From the NCBI GenBank assembly GCA_016748015.1, contig JAAOMT010000242.1, forward strand, positions 1 through 11,160: a stretch of 11,160 nucleotides of DNA, in the 5' to 3' direction. The notes under the pieces were generated by a model that was not told the origin of the DNA, did no database searches, and was given only the letters and a program-made list of their open reading frames with translations. The DNA comes from Geosiphon pyriformis uo1. Lineage: Eukaryota > Fungi > Glomeromycota. Below, in pieces: positions 8,434 through 11,160 of this stretch. The translations under genes were made by a program, and so were the position numbers. Position 1 is the first letter of the stretch; the number at the start of each line of letters is the position of its first letter.

Positions 8434-9290
8434 ACTGGAGATACAATATCAATTAAATAATAAACATACCAAATACTACCAACCAGCCATAAAATTATCT
8501 GACAAGAAATTAACTAAATATTGAACAATAAGTTAATTTAATTATCAATAGGTTTATAATTATCATCAGTAGTATTTGTCCAAAAAAAAATGAAAGATCT
8601 GCTTTTGTGTAGATTACTGAAAACTTAATAGTATTATTCATAGAAATAGCTATTCAATGCTTCTGGAGGAAAAAAATAGTTCTTAATATTGGACTTAGAT
8701 AGTAATTACTGGCAAATAGCCATAAATTCAACCAATAAAAAAAACAGTATTTACCACTAGAGAAATAAATTTTGAATTTAACATTATGTCTTTTGGCTTA
8801 ACTAATACTTCCACTACTTTTCAATGGTTAATGGAAATTATCTATACAAGATTACTATGGAAATTAATAATAGTTTACTTGGATAACACAAACATATTCT
8901 TTAAAATATTTGATAATTATTTTTATCATCTTTATTATGTATTTAAAAAGTTAAAAAGAATAGGATTAAAGTTGAATACTAATAAGTATTTTTTTGAAAA
9001 AACTGAGCTTAAGTTTTTGGAACATATTATGAGCAAAAACAGCATTAAAACAAATCCAGATAAAATCAAAATAGTTAAAAACTTTCCAGTATCAATAAAC
9101 TTAATAAAGCTAAAAACATTCTTAAAATTTGCTAAATACTACTGTCACTTTATCCAAAATTTTTCCAAACTGGCTCAACCATTTTACTAGCTCTAAGCAA
9201 AGAACATTAAATATAAATAGACTAAAAATCAACAAAAAGTTTTTGACATACTGCAAAGAAAGCTTATTCAAGCTTTAGTATTGATTTATT
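8434..9290 (+). pseudogene. pol: Reverse transcriptase (Ty3/Gypsy type), inactivated
   Basis: SSVVFVQKK, FCVDY*KLN (8603), LDLDSNYWQI (8689), MSFGLTNTSTTFQWLM (8786), YLDN at 8876-8887 (YLDD with G>A), GLKLNTNKYFF...KFLEH, and thumb LKTFLKFAKYYCHFIQNFSKLAQPFY. Confidence 0.95.
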
Positions 9291-9299
9291 CAAATTACA

Positions 9300-9666
9300 G
9301 CAAACTATTTATTATTATTATTAATGTATTAAACCAAATATTAAGAGTTATATGGTCACAAAAAAGAATAGATAAATGAAAACATCTAGTAGCATATGTC
9401 AGCTGAAGTTTAATTTTAGCTAAAAAAAATTATAAAACTCCAGCATCAAAACATTTAACTATCTATTGAATTATTATAAAATAAAAAAAATACTTGAATT
9501 AAAAGTTTGATTTATATATTATTACAAAAAATTGACATCAATCTAAAAGCAAAAATTTAGAAACAATTATTATATAAGATAGAAAATAGAACTATTACTA
9601 TTTAAATATACAGTACATTATAAAAATGGAAAAAAAAATGGAAATATTGACAAATTATTACAAATA
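9300..9666 (+). pseudogene. pol: RNase H domain, inactivated
   Basis: KLFIIIINVLNQILRVIWSQ (about PFIxxTDASxxGLGAILSQ), HLVAYVS*SLILAKKNY (about HPVAYASRSLxxAEKNY), and YKNGKKNGNIDKLLQ (about YRxGKxNxNADxLSR). Confidence 0.88.
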
Positions 9667-9799
9667 AGACAAATCTAAAACCATTTTAACCCAAAAATAT
9701 AATAAAAGATGAATATACAAAAATATCACAACTTCAATATTATATTAATATTTAATAATTCAAGAAGAAATTATCTTAAAAAAAACAAAATTATATAAA

Positions 9800-10915
9800 A
9801 CAACAATCAAAATATTTTATTATTTAACAAAATATATTATATTAAAAAAACAGAAAAAATTCAGATTAACCACTCAAAATAATTACAGAACCAGAAAAAA
9901 AAACAATATTATTTAATATACACTCAAATTCAACTGCCAGACATTTTTATAAAAAAACAATCATAGAAAGAACCAGAAAAAGATACTATTAGTTATTAAT
10001 ATATTTAAAGTTGTAATGCTTATTAAAGAAAATAAAAAATAAAACCCAGTAAATTACTAAAACCAATTAAAGTAAAACAACCATTCAATTAAATTGAAAT
10101 TAACTTAGTCAGATCATTAACAATAATCAGTAAAAACAACCAATATATAATAATAGCTATAAACTATCTCACAAAATAGCCAGAAATTAAAGCAATTCAA
10201 AGAACAGATATAGAATTTATTGTCAAATTTGTATATCAAGATTTAATTTGTCAACACAAATATTCAAAAAATTGTTATTAAATCAAAAAATTCACTTTGT
10301 AAACAAAACATTAACAGAATTAAATTAGAGATTTGAAATTAAAAAACTATTATCATTATCATATTATCTACAAACCAATAACTTAGTCAAAAAGTTTAAC
10401 AAAATATTATTTGAAGTAATAGCCAAGATCAGTCAAAAAAACCAAGACAAATAAAATTTGTTTATAAGACAATAAAGCAAGATACTACATAAACAACATC
10501 ATTTAAACTAGTCTATGATAAAATAGCAATATTATTAGTTGAGATAAAAATTAATATATATTTAACTGAACCAATAACAAAAGCCAACTTTTAAGAAACA
10601 TTGTTAAAAAAAACATATGACTTAATGAAAACTCTAAAAAACAAAAAGCAAAAAACAGCTGATAACATATAAAAATTACAAAAAAAACAACATAATAACT
10701 GGTTACCAAATAAACCAGCTGAATTCAAAATTGAAGACAAAGTATTTTTATATTGTACCAAAATAAAAAAACAATAAAATAGAAAATTTGATCTTAAATA
10801 ATATAGTTTATTTTATATTGAAAATTTTTTGAAAAATAAAGCATATAAGTTAAAATGAAACAACAAAATCTTAGCCAAAGCAGTACATGATAATCAACTA
10901 AAACCATATTACAAT
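9800..10915 (+). pseudogene. pol: Integrase (HHCC zinc finger, DDE core, GPF/Y C-terminal module), inactivated
   Basis: HSNSTARHF (His at 9921 and 9942) and SCNAY (10012). The core reads IEINLVRSL (10093), LLLNQKIHF (10272) and QTNNLVKKFN (10389), with exact D-35-E spacing between 10281 and 10389. The C-terminal module reads FKIEDKVFLY...KFDLK*YSLFYI...AYKL...VHDNQLKPY. Confidence 0.92.
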
Positions 10916-11160
10916 ATAGTATCATTATCTACCAGTAATATTTTACAATTGGAAGTACAACAAATACTAGTCAAACCAGATAAAATTTCACAAAATTTGA
11001 AACCAATCATAATCATTAAAACAAACATGTTAAATTAATTAATCAAAACAGTATATAAAAAATAAATGCACATAATAAAAGCAATAGTAAAAATAAAAAT
11101 TACTAACAACATTCATTTACTTGTACAATAATTTTTACAATTTATCTAACATTAAAAATC

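Larger units (their letters stand above)
1788..11160 (+). mobile_element. Degenerate Ty3/Gypsy (Metaviridae) LTR retrotransposon carrying dUTPase; 3' end lies outside the window
   Basis: Colinear decayed Gag, protease, RT, RNase H and integrase motifs in the Gypsy order PR-RT-RH-IN, preceded by ...TGTAACA-TT-TGG (LTR end plus PBS). The left boundary is uncertain. Confidence 0.95.

Noticed and set aside
8434-9290. Prokaryotic RT system (retron, DGR, group II intron) or CRISPR array
   Set aside because: The RT motifs and the flanking Gag, protease, RNase H and integrase are of LTR-retrotransposon type. No repeat-spacer array is present.
9667-9730. Integrase as a separately translated ORF starting at ATG 9709 after stops at 9676-9705
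   Set aside because: The stops are TAA codons in frame with RNase H and could all be CAA>TAA damage. One decayed copy cannot establish this.
1-11160. Alternative genetic code (TAA/TAG=Gln or TGA=Trp) explaining the in-frame stops
   Set aside because: All three stop types occur at positions expected to be Q, R or W, together with frameshifts, deletions and lost catalytic residues. This is mutational decay.
1788-11160. Endogenous retrovirus or caulimovirus because of the dUTPase
   Set aside because: The RT (FCVDYRKLN, MPFGL-like, YLDD) and integrase signatures are Ty3/Gypsy-like. No env or movement protein is visible in the window.

Overview
AT-rich, almost CpG-free eukaryotic repeat DNA with no intact gene. 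About 1788-11160 (+) is one large, heavily decayed Ty3/Gypsy LTR retrotransposon, running off the right edge before any 3' LTR. Its order is: candidate 5' LTR, tRNA-Met-like primer-binding site, long Gag (N-terminal extension, Q/P tract, capsid, broken zinc knuckle), aspartic protease, an unexplained Cys-rich domain, dUTPase, RT, RNase H, integrase, then a further in-frame tail. The Cys-rich domain/dUTPase/pre-RT block occurs twice in tandem (5176-6872 and 6873-8432) as clearly diverged copies, so the locus carries two dUTPase relics. Almost all inactivating changes are C>T or G>A transitions on both strands, in CpG and non-CpG contexts. Upstream are another decayed + strand ORF (1-~590) and a doubtful minus-strand ORF with an 18-bp tandem repeat. 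From memory the element resembles repeats of Glomeromycotina fungi (Geosiphon/arbuscular mycorrhizal fungi); this host guess is unverified. All translations and alignments were done by eye.
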